From contig MCFE01000657.1 of assembly GCA_002104905.1 (NCBI GenBank), positions 1 to 49,143 on the forward strand: a stretch of 49,143 bases of DNA. The letters are read 5' to 3'. This document shows, one piece after another, positions 23,638 through 36,521 of the stretch; position 1 is the stretch's first letter, and each line of letters opens with the position of its first letter. The stretch is from Basidiobolus meristosporus CBS 931.73. Taxonomy: Eukaryota; Fungi; Basidiobolomycota. Both the position numbers and the translations under genes were made by a program. The notes below the pieces were generated by a model. It made no database searches and had not been told where the DNA came from. It worked only from the letters and a program-made list of their open reading frames with translations.

Positions 23638-26100
23638 TTGACTCACTTCCATATATATGCTGCCAAAAATAAGGCAAAGTTGTCTAGTCTCTAACCAAAT
23701 CCCACTGTTGACAGCAGCCAAAGAACAGTTGGAAAACAGCTTGATTTGACACTCAGGGCCACAAGCAGGGTGCCACTAAAGAAGGCCCTGTGGACAGTGG
23801 GCCCACTAAAGGTACTAATGTGGACTCCTCAGGCTCTCAGTCATGTAGGCAATTGGGAGTCTCTGCAGAGCCACAAGCTGATCATAATGCTGAGGCAGAT
23901 GAGAATGTAGTAAGAGCTGCACCTTCAGATGAAGACCAGTAAGTGGCCATCATAACATCACTTCCACCCATATTAGCAGGTAGACTTGTTTGGTTGGATA
24001 GTGCCACATTGAGCTATGAGGGCCCAATGATGCCATAGTGTGCCAGGGAGGCCAAGTAAACCTATACTTGGACACAAAGTTTAAGACATAGTCTGTACCA
24101 AAAGTGCTTTGTATAGGTTTTATTTTAGGGCTAGTATCTAGATATAGTACCAGAGAGTATAAGTGGACCAAGATAGTGCCATGCATTTTTATAACAGGTT
24201 ACAAGCCACAAGTGCTAGATTCAGAGTGCCATTGGTATTGAGTACTAGATATATATTGTCAGTTCTTCTTTGCTATTATACATCCTGCATCACAGTGATC
24301 TAAAAAAGGTCAAAAAGTGAATTTTCTCCAGCACAAAGGGTGAAATGCAGAGGCTGGTTTGCATGAAGATCAAAAGCTGTGTTTTACACTTTGTGACCAA
24401 GCCTAGGTCTGCTATGCCTTTATTGCATACAAAGGCACAAATTGCTACCCATGGCTTAATGTGGCGCTATCCAACAAAACAAGTTTAGTATGTTGTCAGC
24501 TCATACCAAAGTGTTACTGAGGCAATTAGGTGCAGTGGCTGATAGGATAGATGAAGTAGCCCTGGGAAATCAGGAAACTGTCCAAAAACAGGAAGAGAAG
24601 ATAAAATGTGTAGAGCAAGCAATATCCCCGGCAGAGAAAGCAGTATTGTTGCTGCAAAGGAGGAACTCAAGTAGCTCAATGTCACTGCCAAGAATTGAGC
24701 CATCTGTGAAGCCATAGAGTGCAATAATGAAGTGTGGGCTAATATTCAAGAGGCTGTCAGCAGTCTAGCACACTATCACCATAAGGCCAGCATACCATGG
24801 GACCATCAGGTATCCAAGGCCAAGCAGAATGAACTTGACATTTTCCATAAGCATAATCCTGGATTTAAACAAGCAAACAGATTTTGGGCTAGCATTGGTA
24901 TGCTACAAAAGTGTCTCTAGAATAGCAGAAACAATCAAAGGCATAAGAACCATGGTGCAATGGATAAAATCAGCAGCTTCCTCAAGAGCCTGTTGCAAGC
25001 AGGGCCAAAAGCTTCAAACAAGTGTCAAAGAGACATCAGGTAGCTGGAATAGTGCCAGTAAGAGAAAAGCAGGCCAACATAGATACACAAGCATACATTT
25101 TCCAAGGAAAAAACATATCTCTATTCTAGAAGCACTCAGTCAAAGTAACTGTGAAGAACCTGGTAGTGATAAAAGCAATCAGCTACCTCAGGAGCCTATC
25201 ACAGCATGGGCCAAAAACTCAAAGCAAGTGGGAAGAAAGTGACAGGTCACCCACAGAGTGCCAGCAAGGGACAAGCAGGCCAAAACATATGCATCAGAGC
25301 AGTATTTATCAAGGAGAAAATGTAGTTCAATACAAGAAGAAAACAGACAAAGTAGCAGTGTAAGACCTGGCAGTGATAAAGGAAAAGCTAAAGGGAAAAA
25401 AGTCTAGCCAAGCCAGAGACAGGGAAGCATAAGAAAAAAGCTGCAGTTCTTGTCAATTAATGCTGTAAGCCCAGAACAGACTGAATCCTATCATAACCAA
25501 GTTGAATTACCAACAAGAAAACAACTGTTTGCACAAGAGTTGGAAGCGCAGCCAGTCAAGTTACACTCCAGTGAAGTAGAAGAGTTTGCAGAGATAACCA
25601 AGTAGTCTTTCACAGCCTCCATGTCCTCCATTGTTGACAGAGTGGAGATCCACTGACAGAAAAAGTAACAACATCCAGAACCCAGAATGCTATCACAATG
25701 CCTTCAGTGGTATTTTGGAGCATTAAGAGGCATTCAACAAGGTTACAGCACTTCTTCAAGAGTAGTGCTCAAGAAATTACATTTGAATATTGCAGGGATT
25801 TACTCCAAAACTGTCAGATGAGGTGCTAGACCTTGCAGTGCTAATGGAAGACCAGGATGTATGGGAACCAGTGAATGAACAGTTGCATAAAGCCATAGGG
25901 CTCCTGCCAAGGTCATGGAAACAGAGCTTTACAGCAGAGATACTCATTCAGTGGTGGATTTTAATGGAGTTACTTGTTGAATGTGGGGTTGGGCTTGATG
26001 TTCATGTAGGGTATAGGGGCTTGTATAGGTCAGTACAATTGACAACTAAGGTACAACTGAAGCTTCAACAGAAATATATCAATTTGTATGCATGAAATGA
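23638..26100 (+). pseudogene. Family-D accessory gene in D3, degenerate
   Basis: TTGACTCACTTC start region; peptides WANIQEAV...WDHQ...FWASIGML at 24732-24920 and VLDLAVL.EDQDVWEPVNEQ at 25790 onward. 3' end approximate. Confidence 0.7.
23982..24486. mobile_element. 505-bp MITE (AGAC-MITE2)
   Basis: About 20-bp TIR AGACTTGTTTGGTTGGATAG / CTATCCAACAAAACAAGTTT; flanks GGT and AGT (degenerate AGT TSD); empty site CATACTTGC at 8236-8244 (reverse). Confidence 0.8.
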
Positions 26101-26407
26101 AAGAGAAGTGGCTGAGTCAGGGAGTAAGGAGTGTGGAAAAGATACAATGGCCAATCAATGCACACAAATGTAGGAGGTGATAGAGTGTCCATGATGAGAA
26201 AGCAAGAAAATTGGCAGAGAACCAATCAAAAGCCACTTTTGTATTGTTGTAATGAAAAGGTTTGACCAAGTTTTTTGTGATATCTAGGGTGCTATTATTT
26301 TTTGATAGTCTTTGCACAGTGTCCTAGTGGGATCAATACCTTTAGTCATGGGACTTGGATTTTGTGATGGCCTTTTGACAGGGTCATCACAATAACTTTT
26401 CATAGAG

Positions 26408-27480
26408 GATGCCTTATCAAGACTAATATAAGTTGCATAACGCAACCTGGTGAATGAATTGAATTGGCTAGCTTATTACCAAAGTATTAAGAGGACTAAG
26501 CCATTCCTAATAAGATGGATAAAGATGTCAAGAAGATTATCCAGGATGAAGCCAGCAAACTTGTAGTAGATGATGAAAAACACTACCAAATTGTGGATGG
26601 ATGCCTTATTGCCTCTTGCCCCTATGCTGCTTACCTGAATTTAATACACCAGCTACATAATGGATATGGGCATCTGGATATCAAAGGATCTTATAGCCTT
26701 GTAAGAGCTAGAGCATGGTGGCCCAGAATGAGACAAGATATTGAGAAGCTGGTGAAAACATGCCCAAGTCTCCAAGTCAACCAAGGTCAACCACGGCAAA
26801 CTGCTGAACTCATTCCCTGTAAAACCATCTGAAAGATGGGGAATTGACTCTATTGGAAGACTGCTCACCACTAGGAAATGGCAAAGGAAACAGCAAAAAC
26901 ATTGGAAGCCTACCAGGGTAATGCAGCAGATCAAACATCTGAAAACTTTGACATATCACCCTAGAACTAATGGAGTCACCGGGTGATTTAATGAATTATT
27001 TGGAAAATGCTGACTGAGTATTCAAGTGGGGCTTCAAGTTGATGGGACAATTAAATTGACTAAGCAATATATACCTGCAGTATAAGGGAGCACAGCACTA
27101 CCCAACAATTTCCATTTACTTAGTGTATGCATGTAAACCAGGAGATCTCACACAGCCAAAACTCACCAATAACTAGGAGGATGAGCTCAGTCAGCCTAGT
27201 AAGCATCAACAATTGGAACAACAATGTCAGGAGGCAGAGGCCAAAATCTACAAAAGTGCAGATAAGATGAGTTAGAGATACAATAAGACTATATCACCAG
27301 AGGCTTTCACAGTTGAGAACTTTGTATTGCTGAGAAACTACACTTGGAAGAAGTTTGAGCCACAATTGACAGAACTATTCAAGATTATCAAAGAATGTCC
27401 TTTGCAACTTACTAACTGGCAGACAAGCAAGGAAATATCCAAGAAGATTTGGTTCATTGTTACAAGTCTTGATATAAAAG
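26408..27480 (+). pseudogene. pol: Remnant of a second gypsy family (end of RNase H through integrase)
   Basis: DALSRL, HQLHNGYGH...RAWWPRMRQDIEKLVKTC integrase zinc-finger region, ERWGID; homologous to 43096-43385. Confidence 0.8.
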
Positions 27481-27775
27481 TTGTAGAGGAATAGGAAGTT
27501 TAGCTAGTAATGTATCCACTAAAACCAGAACTGATCAATAATGAGATTCCAGCAGCTCCTTTTATATCTTTTGCCAGATCAATGGCTGGCTAATTGTATC
27601 TCAAATGTATGTTGTGACTGATGATTCATTTAGTTGCATTTTCATCACCCAACCAGATTCTTCTTAATATAGTAATTTCTGTCCAATAAGGATTGGGCTA
27701 CTCATCTAATGACTAACACTACTGATTTGATAGAAAATATGAATGTACTGATAGGCTAAATATGCAACTCACATA

Positions 27776-28005
27776 TATTGTATAAATTTGTAGTTCTGCC
27801 AAAATTGGCACCTAACTTAGTCACTTAGATTATTACCTTCAGATCCTAATGAATACTGACCAAATCCCTTGTTGGGATTTACTTTGAATATTTTCACCAA
27901 AATACAAGGTACTCAGAAAATGAAAATTCTCAAAGTTGTCCAAGTAGCCCAGACTTTGCACATATACTCTTGGGACCTTCCTGAACCTATTATGTGTGTT
28001 GGTTA
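27776..28005 (+). repeat. 5' part of a family-A LTR interrupted by copia B1
   Basis: CACCTAACTTAGTCACTTAGAT core shared with 2516-2859. Confidence 0.85.
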
Positions 28006-28374
28006 TGTTGAAATATTGGACTATTTGGTATCATTCTGCAGCTAAAAATTTACTTAACAATTCTGGACTAGTCTTGGTCACTAGGAGACTAATTTACAGC
28101 TCTAACTTTACCACTTTTTTCAGATCTATGATCTTATGATTATTCCTCTATAGTCAGGATCAAATTAGCACTAATACTAACTATTATGTACTAACCCTGA
28201 AACTGTTACAGAATGCTCCTGAATATTGAGAAACCCTCCTTACTTAGTGCTACCACTGTATTACTTCTACAAAGGTATAAATACTGAGCTTCTTTATTAA
28301 TATACAACAGTTCAACTATTATCACTATTTCTTGGTAAGTTCCTTATATCTATATCACTTCATAAATGGCAACA

Positions 28375-28386
28375 GGTCATGAGCCC
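28375..28386 (+). other. PBS complementary to the tRNA-iMet anticodon arm (half-tRNA priming type)
   Basis: GGTCATGAGCCC directly after the LTR; one mismatch from GGTTATGAGCCC, the complement of the initiator-tRNA anticodon stem-loop GGGCUCAUAACC. Confidence 0.75.
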
Positions 28387-30261
28387 CAATTGCCATAATC
28401 TTTTCTAAAGTTGACTTCTAACAGCAAACAGAACAACACAAACATCTTCCCTGTAAAGGAGAGGTTACATAGAAATAACTACAGACTCTGGAGAATCAAG
28501 ATGCAGATCCACCTTGAGGAAAGAAAGCTTTGGAATATAGTAACAGGAGAAGAGGTTGAGCCCAAAGGAACAGCAGAAGAAATGGAGAAGTTTCAAGAGA
28601 AGGAGAGAAAGGCCTTTAATGCCATATGTATCAATGTGCAAGATTCCTTCATTGGACAAATCCATGACTCAAATACTGCCAAAGCAGCATGGGAATCCTT
28701 AGTGACAATCTTTAGAGCAAAGTCAGAATGAAGCAAGCTTTATTTAAAGCAAAAGTTCTTCAACATGAGGAAGAAGCCAGATGATGACATGCTTCAACTC
28801 ATTACCACAATAGAGATACTTGCAGAAGAACTTCACAGTATTAATGCTGGTGTAGATGATGAAGAAAAGATATTCTGTCTGCTTTGCAGCCTACCAGACA
28901 AGTATGAGTCACTCATACTTTTTTGAAAGAGGAGAAGACAATTTGACTTTAGACTGTGTCAAAGGAAGAGTTCTCCATGAAGAACTCAGACGTAATGATC
29001 AAGCAGAGAAAAGTCAGGATAATGCTTAATTCAGTTCAGACAGGCACATATAAGAGAAGGGAAAGCAACAAAACCAAAGAAAACCTGGTTGTTGCAACTA
29101 TTGTAAAAAGCCAGGACACTGGGCAAGAGAATGCAAGAAGAAACAAGCAGATGAGAAACAAAAACTAGAGCAGGCAAACCATATAATTACTGATGATCAG
29201 TTATTTGTAACCATACAAGAGAGTGCAAGTAACCAAAGTAATTAATGGTGTATTGACTCTGAAGCCTCATGGCATACTTGTGATATAAAGGAGTGGCTCA
29301 GCAACTGAAAGACTGTTCCAGAAAGAAATGTTTATCTGGGAGATAGCTCTGCTTTGGGAGCTACTGCAAGTGAGTCTATACAACTAAATATGAGCAATAG
29401 CTCAGGGGCAACAACAGCAAGACTCACCAACATACTCTATGTACCTGGGATAGCTAAGAACCTACACTCAGTCAGTAAAACAACTGCTCAGGGATTGAAA
29501 CTTGTTTTTGCTAAGATGAGCTGCTCAATATTGAGTGGGAATGGACAAAAATTAGCTTTGGGAATCAGAGATCACAATATAAACAAGTTACAATGCAAGA
29601 TCATGGTACCTGAGTAAGTCAACATTGCTGAAACTGATGAATTCAACTGGGAGATGTGGCATAGAAGGCTAGGACACAATGGGGAACAAAAATGAGCCAA
29701 TTGGTGAAAAATCAGCTTATTTTAGGCCTAAAGTACCCAATTCCAATCAAATTGAATATTTATAAGGGATGTTCATATGGCAAACAAGCTAGGCAAAATT
29801 TCAAGCGCTCAGAAAACTTCAATATCACCAAAATATTGGCTATTGTACACTAAGACATATGTGACCCATGAGAACACTGTCCTTTGGAGCCAAGTGATAC
29901 TTAATGACGTTTATTGATGACAAATCAAGGTATTCATGGGTGTACCTCCTCAAAATAAAGGATGAAGCTTTAGAGATGTTTGAACACTTCAAGAACATGA
30001 CACAAATTCAAACTGGGTGTAAATTGAAGGTACTACATAGTGACAATGGAGGAGAATACTGTTCAAAGGAGTTTGCAAAATACTGCCAGTCTACTGGTAT
30101 ACTTCAACAGACCACAGTCCCTCATACTTCACAGCAAAATGGAGTAGCAGAACTTGCTAATGGAACAGTTGTAGAGATGGGAAGATCTATGCTACATGAT
30201 AAGGGATTGGACTACAAACTTTGGGCTGAATTTGTTGCTACCACTGTATACATCAGGAACA

Positions 30262-30628
30262 TGTTGAAATATTGGACTATTTGGTATCATTCAGCAGCTA
30301 AAAATTTACTTAACAATTATAGATTAGTCTTATTTACTGTAGGACTCATTTACTGCCTTAACTTTGCCACTTTCTCCACATATAGGATCTTATGATTATT
30401 CCCCATAAGTCAGGATCAAATTAGCCCTATTACCACACATTATGTCTAACCCTGAAGCTGTTACACAATGCTCTTGAATAATGAGAAACCCTCCCTACTT
30501 AGTGTTGCAGCTGTATTACTTCTACAAAGGTATAAATACTGAGCTTCTTTATGAATAAACAACAATTCAACTATTACCACTATTTCTTGATAAGTTTCTA
30601 TATCCAAATCACTTATTAAATTGCAACA
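30262..30628 (+). mobile_element. Solo LTR of family B inside the B1 integrase
   Basis: 5-bp TSD GAACA (30257-30261 and 30629-30633); removing it restores YIRNRWPTTA. Confidence 0.96.
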
Positions 30629-30810
30629 GAACAGATGGCCAACAACAGCACTTCAAGATTCTACACTCTTTGAGCATATACAGACAAAAAATCAGATCTC
30701 CAGCACCTCAAGATCTTCAGCAGTGATGTTTTTTATCATATCCCTCATAAAAAATGCTCAAAGTTGGAACCAAAGAGTAGTAAAGGGATCTTTCCTGCCA
30801 GATACGGCAA

Positions 30811-31362
30811 ATACTTCTTAAATTGCAACATTCTCTTTGATACCTAGTAAATTAGGTATGTATCTTCTTCTTTGGTGGTGATAGCATCATCAGACAGCTG
30901 GCAAATGACCTGAGTGGCTTTTTGATATCCCTGCTCTTAGTCAGCTTCTGAACTTTGCCATGATACACACTCTACCCTTTGGTAACTTTACAATTGCAAA
31001 GGAAGGATCCTTTTCCACTCTCTGCTTCCATCTCAAAGAGCTTTTTGTCAGGGATATGATAGAAAACATCACCACTAGAGATCCTCATGTACTGGAGGTT
31101 TGAATATTTGCCTCTATATGCCTCAAAGAATGTGAATTCATATAGTGCTGTTGTTGGGTATCTACTTTTAATGCAGAGCAATGTTTGAGCAAATTCAGTC
31201 CCAAATTTGTAGTCCATTTGTTTTAATGTAGCATAGGTCTTGCCATCTCTACTGTTAGTTTGTATTTGTTCTGCTATTCCATTATGCTGTGAAATATAAA
31301 GAGCAGTAGGCTGTTGAGTCAAACAAGCAGTTGAGCAATACTTTGCAAGCTTCTTTGAGCCA
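30811..31362 (-). pseudogene. pol: Diverged copia B integrase fragment (B2)
   Basis: ORF 30972-31370 (SQHNGIAE, SRYPTTAL, FYHIPDKK). Left boundary approximate. Confidence 0.75.
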
Positions 31363-34300
31363 TATTCCATTTAAGAGGTGATTGGGTTAAATGGAACTTA
31401 TTAACCAATTATGATAATAAAGGAACAGTTGCTTATTCATATCAAAGCTTATAATTTGTACCTTTGTGGTAACAATGCAACTTTAGCACTCAGTCAGGAG
31501 AGTTTTCAACATTCAGGAGCATACTGTAACAGCTTCAGGGCTATTAAATGATGTTTGGATAAAGTGCTAGTTTGATACTGAATATAGTGGAATAATTATA
31601 AGACCGTAGATCTTCAAGTAAGTTGTAAAGTTAGGGCTATAAATGTGCCATACAGTGACTAAGACTAGTTCAGAATTGTTGAGTAAACTTTGGCTGCTGA
31701 ATGATGCCGAATAGCTCAACATTCAAACACTCCCCCTCTGCTGCTCCAGAGTATTCCAATGCCATATTTTGATACCATGCAGATATCTGAAAATCCAATT
31801 ATCTGAACCATAACTTTTCAAATATTGACCAACTATTCCCACTGCCACTGCAATGACTGGACATGTAGATACAAACAGGACATCTGGCTACCAACCATTG
31901 ATTGATAGGGGAAGTTTTGACGCAAATATGGGCATTTTTAAATCAAGACGTGTTACAACTTGCTCAATCTTGAGTTAATTCCCCTTGAGGTTGCTGCAGG
32001 CTTGATATTTTCCATTTTGAAGCCTATAATAGTGCCCCTGAAATGATTGTACTGATTCAGTACAGCTTTCTGCATGGGTATGTCAAATTTGATTGCAATC
32101 CCAGGAGAATAGCTCAGCTTTCCAAGTTCTTTCATCTCAACCTTGCTGAAAAGGACTAATTCCATCTGTTAAGGTGCCTCCTGGTAGACCTGTAGCAATT
32201 TACTAGGTCATCCACACAAAGAACTGGGATGATCACACACTCTTTGAGCAGTTTGCATACAAGCTGTAATCTGTAGTGCAATAAATGAGCCAAATCTCCT
32301 TTAGAAATACACCAATCTTGTTGTAACGTGCTCTAGGTGCCTGCCTTAGTCCATAAGTTAATATTCTGAGTCTGCTCACCTTCTACATGTCTTTTAGGCC
32401 CATAACACCTTCTCAATGCTCCATATATGCAGCTCCTTGCAGATCCCCTTTTAGAATGGCTATTTTGATGTCTACTTGGGGCAGATCTGGACTTTGTATA
32501 GCTGCCAGGGCTAGAACTGTCCTTCTGGAGTTAAATTGACAACTGGAGCAGATATTTCCTTAAAGTCTAGTCCCTGGAACTGGGAATAGCCTTTGGCCAC
32601 CAATCTAGCCTTGTGCTTATCAAAAGTACCATTTGAGGCTATCTTGACCTTGCTGATCCATCTGCATCCTATTAACTCTCTCCCATTTGGTAAATCTACC
32701 AGTTCCCAAGTTTTTTCCCTGATCAGAGATTGGTCCACTTCCTGCATGCCTTATTGCAACATAGTAGTATCCGGACCTTGTGTTGCCTGTTCCAGATTCT
32801 GACATTTTCAATATCAGGCAAGATACACTTCTTCATGATCATTGGATGTCTGCCACCAGGATCCAGGGGAATTTCTTGCTCCAATAGATCTCCTAACTGG
32901 AATAGTCTGCTCTGGTATTAGAACTGGTAAAATTATCTCCTGTACCTGGCTGAATTAGGTATGGATCTTTGTTATTAGTGTTAATTGCATCATTATGCAG
33001 CTGGCCAGTAGATCTTCCCATCTCCACTATTGCTTTATTTGCACTTTCTGCTACTACTTTTTGCTGTGGAGTATGTGAAACATTGGTATGTTGAAGTATA
33101 CCAGTAATTGAGCTGTACTTTGCAAACTCTTAAGAGTAATATTCCGCTCCACTATCACTTCAAAGTGCCTTTGATTAACACTTATTCTGTGACTGCCATG
33201 CTCTTGAAGTGCTTGAGTATCATTAAAGCCTGATCCTTTGTCCTGAGGGAGTGTACCCATGTATAGCTCTTCTTGCCATCAATAAGCAACATAAAATATT
33301 GCTTGTCTTCAAAGGAGAGTGTTCATGCAGGCCCACATATGTCTTAGTGCACCATAGCCAGTATTTTGGTTGCTTTAATGCCACCTGAGCTCTTGAAATG
33401 TTGCCTAGCTTGTTTGTCATATGAACTTCTCTTACTGACACTCAATTTGATTGAGATTGAGTAATTTAGGCCCAAAACAAGCTGATTTTTTACCAACTGC
33501 TTCATGTTCTGTTTCTCAATGCAACCTAGCCTCCCATACTATGCCTCCGAGCTAGTTTGTCAGTTTCAGCAATGCTGACACTGTCTAGTATAATAGACTT
33601 GAGTACTAACTTCCAAATACAGTAATCTCTGATTCCAAAGCTAGTTTATTACTTTCTCACTTGATATTTAGTAGCTGAGCTTACTAGCAACAAACCCTGG
33701 TCCCTTAGTAGTTGCTTTACTGACAAGAGTAGGTTCTTAGCAATTCTATGCACATAGAGTATGCTAGTCAGTTTTGCTGTTGTTTCCCCTGATGAATTAC
33801 TCATATTTAGCTGTAAAGACCCACTGGCAATGGCTTCCAGTGCAGAGCTGTCTTCCAGATAAACCTTTCTTGCAGGGATAGTCTTTCAGTTGATGAGTCA
33901 CTTATTTATACTACAAATATGCTATGATACTCCAGAGTTAATATATCATTTGTACTCTGGTAACTTGCATTCTCTTGTACAGTTACAAATAACTGTTCAT
34001 CTGTAGTTATATGGTTTGTCTGTCATAGTTTCTATTTTTGACTGCTTGTTTCTTCTTGCAGTCTCTTGCTCAGTGTCCAGGCTTCCAACAGTATTTACAG
34101 CTACCAGGTCTCCATTGGTTCTGTTGCTTTCCCTTCTTTTCTCTATGTGCCTCTCTGAGTGAACAAAGCATTATTGTTTATTTTCTTTGCTTGATCATTG
34201 TATCCTAGTTCTTCATAATGCAGATTTCCTCTTACATAGTGTGAGGTTGTATTATCTTCTCTGGTTTCAAAAGTGAGTATGAATAGCTCATACTTGTCTG

Positions 34301-34605
34301 GTATGTTGCAAAGCAGACAAAGTATCTTTTCTTCATCATTTACACCAGCATTAACATTGTCAAGTTCATCTGCAGATATCTATATTATGGTATTGAGCTG
34401 CAGCATGTCATCATCTTGCTTCTTCCTCATGTTGAAGAACTTTTGTTTTAAATGGTGCTTGCTTAATACTGACTGTGCTCCAAAGATCTTCTCTAAGGAT
34501 TCCCATACTGCTTTAGCAGGATATAAAGCATCAATTTGTCCAATGAAGGAATCTTGCACATTGACACAGATGGCTTTAATGGCCTTTCTCTCCTTCTCTC
34601 AAAAC
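31363..34605 (-). mobile_element. Internally deleted copia B copy B3 (gag to RT, PPT, 3' LTR 31363-31729)
   Basis: GAGGGGGAG PPT at 31730-31738; RT motif [17 protein letters not shown]; gag homologous to 28411-29000. RNase H and most of the integrase C-terminus are missing. Confidence 0.85.
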
Positions 34606-34609
34606 CTGT

Positions 34610-36521
34610 TATTGCACAGAATATAAAGACAGCTGCCAAACAGTAGATCTTCTTCTGCTGTCAGCAGTAGGGCTTAATTGGGAACCAGAATACTTTGCTT
34701 TATTATTAGACAGCATATTCAATAAGGTCAGTAAACCTAAGCAGAAAATCATATTACATATATGTGTGTATGTGGTGCCACAGATTCATTTAGAGTACCT
34801 ACTATGGTGAGTCATCATTAACTGTTACATTGTTGTAGGAGCAATATCTCAGATATATTACTATTTTAAAACCACATTAGCATTGACAAAAAGTGATACA
34901 CCAGCTTTAAGTTGTTAAGTGTTGAGCTATTTTCCCTTTTAACAAGACCTCTCTGGTTAATACAATAGAGAAGAGAGAAGTGACTGAGCAACTACTTCAA
35001 TAAGCCTATCAGGCATGAGTCTCACAAGTAACATAGGAAGTGTGACAGGAATTGCAGCTAGTCATTTGCCTCACCAGTCATATTTCAGAATTCTTCAGGC
35101 ACAACTGTACTAATGGTATTTTGCTGGTGACCAGACATATCTATAATGGCACCTTGTCACACATCTCACTGAGCTCAAGCTAAGTCAGGTGAGCTTATTA
35201 ATTCTTTTGGTACTCCACAGCCTTCAGGATATGGCATGTAAAGTCACTGGTCTAATATAGAAGACTCACTGATGGACTTTAAGCATATCTCACCTCACAA
35301 CAGTATTCTGCACAAGCCCAGTAGAATCCCAACATGCAATCAATAGCATCTGAGTAACAAGGTACCTAAGATACTTTATGGGGCCAATTGAGCCTAGTAA
35401 TCCATGTGTTGGTGAATGTTGTGATGTTGTGGCAAGAGAAGTGGCATGTTTTTTCCAAAATCAGTGCAGGGTCATTCAGGATTTACTGTTACTTCATGAT
35501 AAAAATATTCTAGGATGCAACTTACCGCATTCAGGGTACAAATGGGCTACCATTTTGTGGCTGTCAACATACAACCTGGTGACCATATAGATACCAATAT
35601 GTGTTGACCATTGTATGGCATTGATATCACAAAATGCACCATTTCAAGGTATCCATTTGCTGGGAATTCACCTACATAAGGGAGCATTATTGCTCACACT
35701 CTGGATATATTCCACTAAAACCCAATGTAAAGTAGCTCATGCAGTCCAACAAATGCTGTGCAGATGCAAAGTACCACTCTCAGCATCAATTAGGTGCAAA
35801 CATTTCTTATGTATTCAGCAGCAAGCAGCCCAAATAACAAAGAGGCATGGGCAACTCTGAAGGTGTGTATGACCATGCCTGAGCCTTGGCAATCAATGGA
35901 CAATTATGTTAGTCTGCATGTTGTTACCAACATTGGATATAGCCAGTCACCAACCCAGTTGCTGGCTTTTTGGGGCACAATAAGATGTATTGTTGCTGAG
36001 TGTGTGATATCCAGGGGAATCTCTCCAATTCTCATTCATACTGCTATTATCTAAATACCAACACTTAGCGCATTGTTCCACAGAGAGAACTTACAAAAGC
36101 CAGTAGGCAGTTGTGGCAAATTTGGCAATCTATAACCCATTGGCTAGAATGTGAAATCAACTGAAAATTGAGGATATCCAAGATAGATAGAATTTGTGGA
36201 TGAAAAAGTTTTCACCAGGAGCAATGCATTTGCTCTTCACCAACATCACTGTACTAACAATAAGCTGTACATGGGGTATTTGTGCTAAATAGGCCCTTCA
36301 GGTACCAGAAACACTTGAAAGAACTGGCAAGATATCAGAGCAAATAATATACCAATGGTACTTCTCAAAAGCTCCAATTAGAATTCATACTCATACATAG
36401 TAACACATATGCAACAACTGGGTGAGCTGGTTATTGTTTATTCTAGCAACCTTCCAGAGGTGTTTTTACCATAAGCTTGTTGGAAGCATTTGAAGCATCT
36501 GCTCACATTGTAGGAATATAT
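34610..36521 (+). mobile_element. Old, diverged family-D fragment D4 (accessory gene start, intergenic region, transposase remnant)
   Basis: Palindrome at 34771-34782; colinear with 8500-10700. Confidence 0.7.

Larger units (their letters stand above)
13944..26407 (-). mobile_element. CACTA-type element D3, host of the gypsy element, solo LTR and MITE2
   Basis: Transposase sequence is continuous across both gypsy insertions once the TSDs are collapsed; transposase ATG at 23529 (minus), accessory gene from 23638 (plus), left TIR-like TAACTTTTCATAGAG ending at about 26407. Confidence 0.85.
28006..30810 (+). mobile_element. Ty1/copia family B, copy B1 (5' LTR 28006-28374, PBS, gag, protease, integrase; 3' truncated)
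   Basis: TGTTG...CAACA LTR; gag NYRLWRIKMQIHLEERKLW; CNYCKKPGHWAREC knuckle; FIDDKSRYSWVY, HSDNGGEY. Confidence 0.92.

Noticed and set aside
27481-27775. Possible PPT and LTR of the second gypsy family
   Set aside because: A purine-rich stretch is present but there is no clear TG...CA boundary and no second copy in the window; left unannotated.
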